Positions 25,743-27,484 of a stretch of DNA of 27,484 nt are shown here, piece after piece. Position numbers and translations under genes: made by a program. The stretch is from an uncultured Alphaproteobacteria bacterium. Its GTDB lineage: Bacteria > Pseudomonadota > Alphaproteobacteria > 16-39-46. The first letter of the stretch is position 1. Each line of letters starts with the position of its first letter. The stretch lies in the NCBI GenBank assembly GCA_964442815.1, contig CAYUAL010000001.1:1-27484 (forward strand). Direction: 5' to 3'. The notes beneath the pieces are model-generated. The model was not told the origin of the DNA. It was given only the letters and a program-made list of their open reading frames with translations, and did no database searches.

Positions 25743-27484
25743 TCTTCCTAACGTATGCTTCATGCGCTGCAAACACAGCCATATTAACAATTTCGGAAAC
25801 TGTAGAGGCCATAGGCACAATTTCAATAGGTTTTTGTAACCCTAAAAGAAGAGGCCCAACCATCGTCCCTCGAATTAAATTCTGCAGAAGCTTAGAAGAA
25901 ATACTGGCTGAATTTAACCCTGGCATAATAAGAATATTTGCAGGTCCTGTTAGCCGACTGAAAGGATATAATTTTTTAAGCTCTGAGTTTAACGCCACAT
26001 CGGGAGACATTTCTCCTTCATACTCAAAATCTACATCTTTTCTTTGATCTAATATTTTCAATGCTTCCTGAATACGCTCAGAATGCGATGTAAGATAGGC
26101 TCCCATGGGGTTTCCAAACGTTGAGCAACCAATAAAAGCAACACGAGGCTCATATCCTAAAGAACGCGCCTTACGAGCTGCTTGGCACGCAAAATCGGCA
26201 AGCTGTTTAGGTTCTGGCATAGAATGTACGCTGGTGTCTGCAATAAATACAGCAGCCTGTGGTGTAATAAAAAGAGAAAGACCCAAAACTTCTTCCTCAG
26301 AGCCTCTATCAATAACTTTAGTTATTTCATCGAAAACAACAGAGTGGCTACGCGTCAATCCCGTTACCATTCCATCTGCTTCGCCAAAAGAAACCATACA
26401 AGCCCCAAAAATATTGCGATCCTGATGAACCATCCGCTGTACATCTCGATAGAGAAACCCTTTACGTTGCAGTTTTTTATATAAGAAAGCTTTAAAGGTA
26501 TCATTATGATCACTATGGGCAGCATTATAGATCTCCACACCTCCTTCTTCTGGTAATTTTAAACCCATTTCTTGAAGATTATGGAGAATAATATCATCTC
26601 GACCAATTAAAATAGCTTCCCCGTACCCACTTGCGTGGTAAGAAAGTGCTGCTCGGATCATTTTTTCTTCTTCACCTTCAGCAAAAATAATACGCTGAGG
26701 ATGCGTACGAACCGCTTCAAAAATAAGCTGAACACCCGCAGCTGTTGGATCTAACCGAAGAGTAAGCTCTTTTTTATAAGCTTTCATATCCGTAATAGGT
26801 TTTTTAGCAACTCCTGTTTCCATAGCAGCTCTAGCCACCGCTGAAGGCACTTCTACAATGAGACGAGGATCAAATGGAACAGGTATAATGTACTCAGGGC
26901 CAAAACGAAGCTGTCGCCCAGCATAGGCAACTCTTACCTCATCTGGAACGTCTTCACGAGCTAACGCAGCAATAGCACGTGCAGCTGCAATTTTCATTTC
27001 TTCATTAATGATAGTAGCCCGTACATCTAAAGCCCCTCGAAAAATATAAGGGAAACCAAGAACATTATTAACTTGGTTGGGATAGTCTGAACGCCCCGTT
27101 GCGATAATAGCATCGTCTCTTACTGACTTAACATCTTCTGGCGAAATTTCTGGATCAGGATTGGCCATAGCAAAAATGATAGGTTGAGGTGCCATGGACT
27201 TTACCATCTCTTTTGTAACAGCCCCTTTTACAGAAAGACCTAAGAAAATATCAGCCCCTTCTAAAGCATCTTTAAGTGTTCTTGCCTTTGTTGGAACAGC
27301 ATGAGCTGATTTCCATTGATTCATACCCTCTTGGCGCCCCTCATAAATAACGCCCTGTCGATCTACAAGAGTGACATTTTCATGTCGCATACCATAACTT
27401 TTCAAAAGCTCCACACATGCAATAGCGGCTGCACCAGCGCCATTTACTACCAACTTTGTTTTTTTAATGTCACGCCCAGTTAAT
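25699..27484 (-). CDS. maeB: NADP-dependent malic enzyme with C-terminal phosphotransacetylase-like domain (partial; 5' end beyond the window)
   Basis: VNGAGAAAIA, FAMANPDPEI, ATGRSDYPNQVNNVLGFPYIFRGALDVRA, then PTA-like IIFAEGEE...GPLLLG. Frame stays open to 27484 (LTGRDIKKTKLVVNGAG), so 27453 is not the true start. Confidence 0.95.
   Translation of the reverse strand, partial: LTGRDIKKTKLVVNGAGAAAIACVELLKSYGMRHENVTLVDRQGVIYEGRQEGMNQWKSAHAVPTKARTLKDALEGADIFLGLSVKGAVTKEMVKSMAPQPIIFAMANPDPEISPEDVKSVRDDAIIATGRSDYPNQVNNVLGFPYIFRGALDVRATIINEEMKIAAARAIAALAREDVPDEVRVAYAGRQLRFGPEYIIPVPFDPRLIVEVPSAVARAAMETGVAKKPITDMKAYKKELTLRLDPTAAGVQLIFEAVRTHPQRIIFAEGEEEKMIRAALSYHASGYGEAILIGRDDIILHNLQEMGLKLPEEGGVEIYNAAHSDHNDTFKAFLYKKLQRKGFLYRDVQRMVHQDRNIFGACMVSFGEADGMVTGLTRSHSVVFDEITKVIDRGSEEEVLGLSLFITPQAAVFIADTSVHSMPEPKQLADFACQAARKARSLGYEPRVAFIGCSTFGNPMGAYLTSHSERIQEALKILDQRKDVDFEYEGEMSPDVALNSELKKLYPFSRLTGPANILIMPGLNSASISSKLLQNLIRGTMVGPLLLGLQKPIEIVPMASTVSEIVNMAVFAAHEAYVRKNGQKSFKKTTKGNR

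Noticed and set aside
25743-25826. Long 371-aa start for the PstS-like ORF
   Set aside because: The extension lies within maeB coding sequence and precedes the signal-like segment; ATG 25742 is more plausible.
1468-26484. Short ORF-track entries overlapping or antisense to well-supported genes (e.g. 1468..1674, 2396..2668, 4195..4440, 7256..7447, 8406..8875, 13615..13917, 14573..14860, 16350..16550, 17430..17660, 19125..19313, 20013..21903, 22219..22419, 23271..23613, 25384..25653, 26105..26484)
   Set aside because: No motifs, and all lie within conserved genes in another frame or strand; expected by chance.
1-27484. tRNA, rRNA, CRISPR array, integrase or transposase
   Set aside because: No cloverleaf-like segment, regularly spaced repeats or recombinase motifs were recognised by eye; tRNAscan/Infernal were not run.

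Overview
AT-rich alphaproteobacterial chromosome segment. The gene set and order suggest a host-associated Holosporales/Caedimonadales-like endosymbiont, but that is inference only. Housekeeping genes dominate: an ABC-F/Uup ATPase, the holB-metG-tatD-MBL hydrolase block, a K+-independent H+-pyrophosphatase, mlaE-mlaF-radA, an MFS transporter, nth, a PstS-like binding protein and a partial maeB. A three-gene type VI secretion fragment (tssF-tssG-tssH/clpV) runs directly into nth. Several lineage-specific genes with N-terminal export signals are interspersed. The most unusual structures are: (1) a ~325-bp diverged direct repeat of the radA 3' end flanking a signal-peptide gene with PI3/PI4-kinase-like catalytic motifs; (2) a tandem pair of paralogous secreted proteins sharing an 8-cysteine pattern; (3) an orphan AbrB/MazE-type antitoxin plus a ~160-bp nested palindromic element inserted between metG and tatD; (4) a ClpV whose first Walker A motif has both glycines changed to valine. 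No rRNA, tRNA, CRISPR array, integrase or transposase was recognised.
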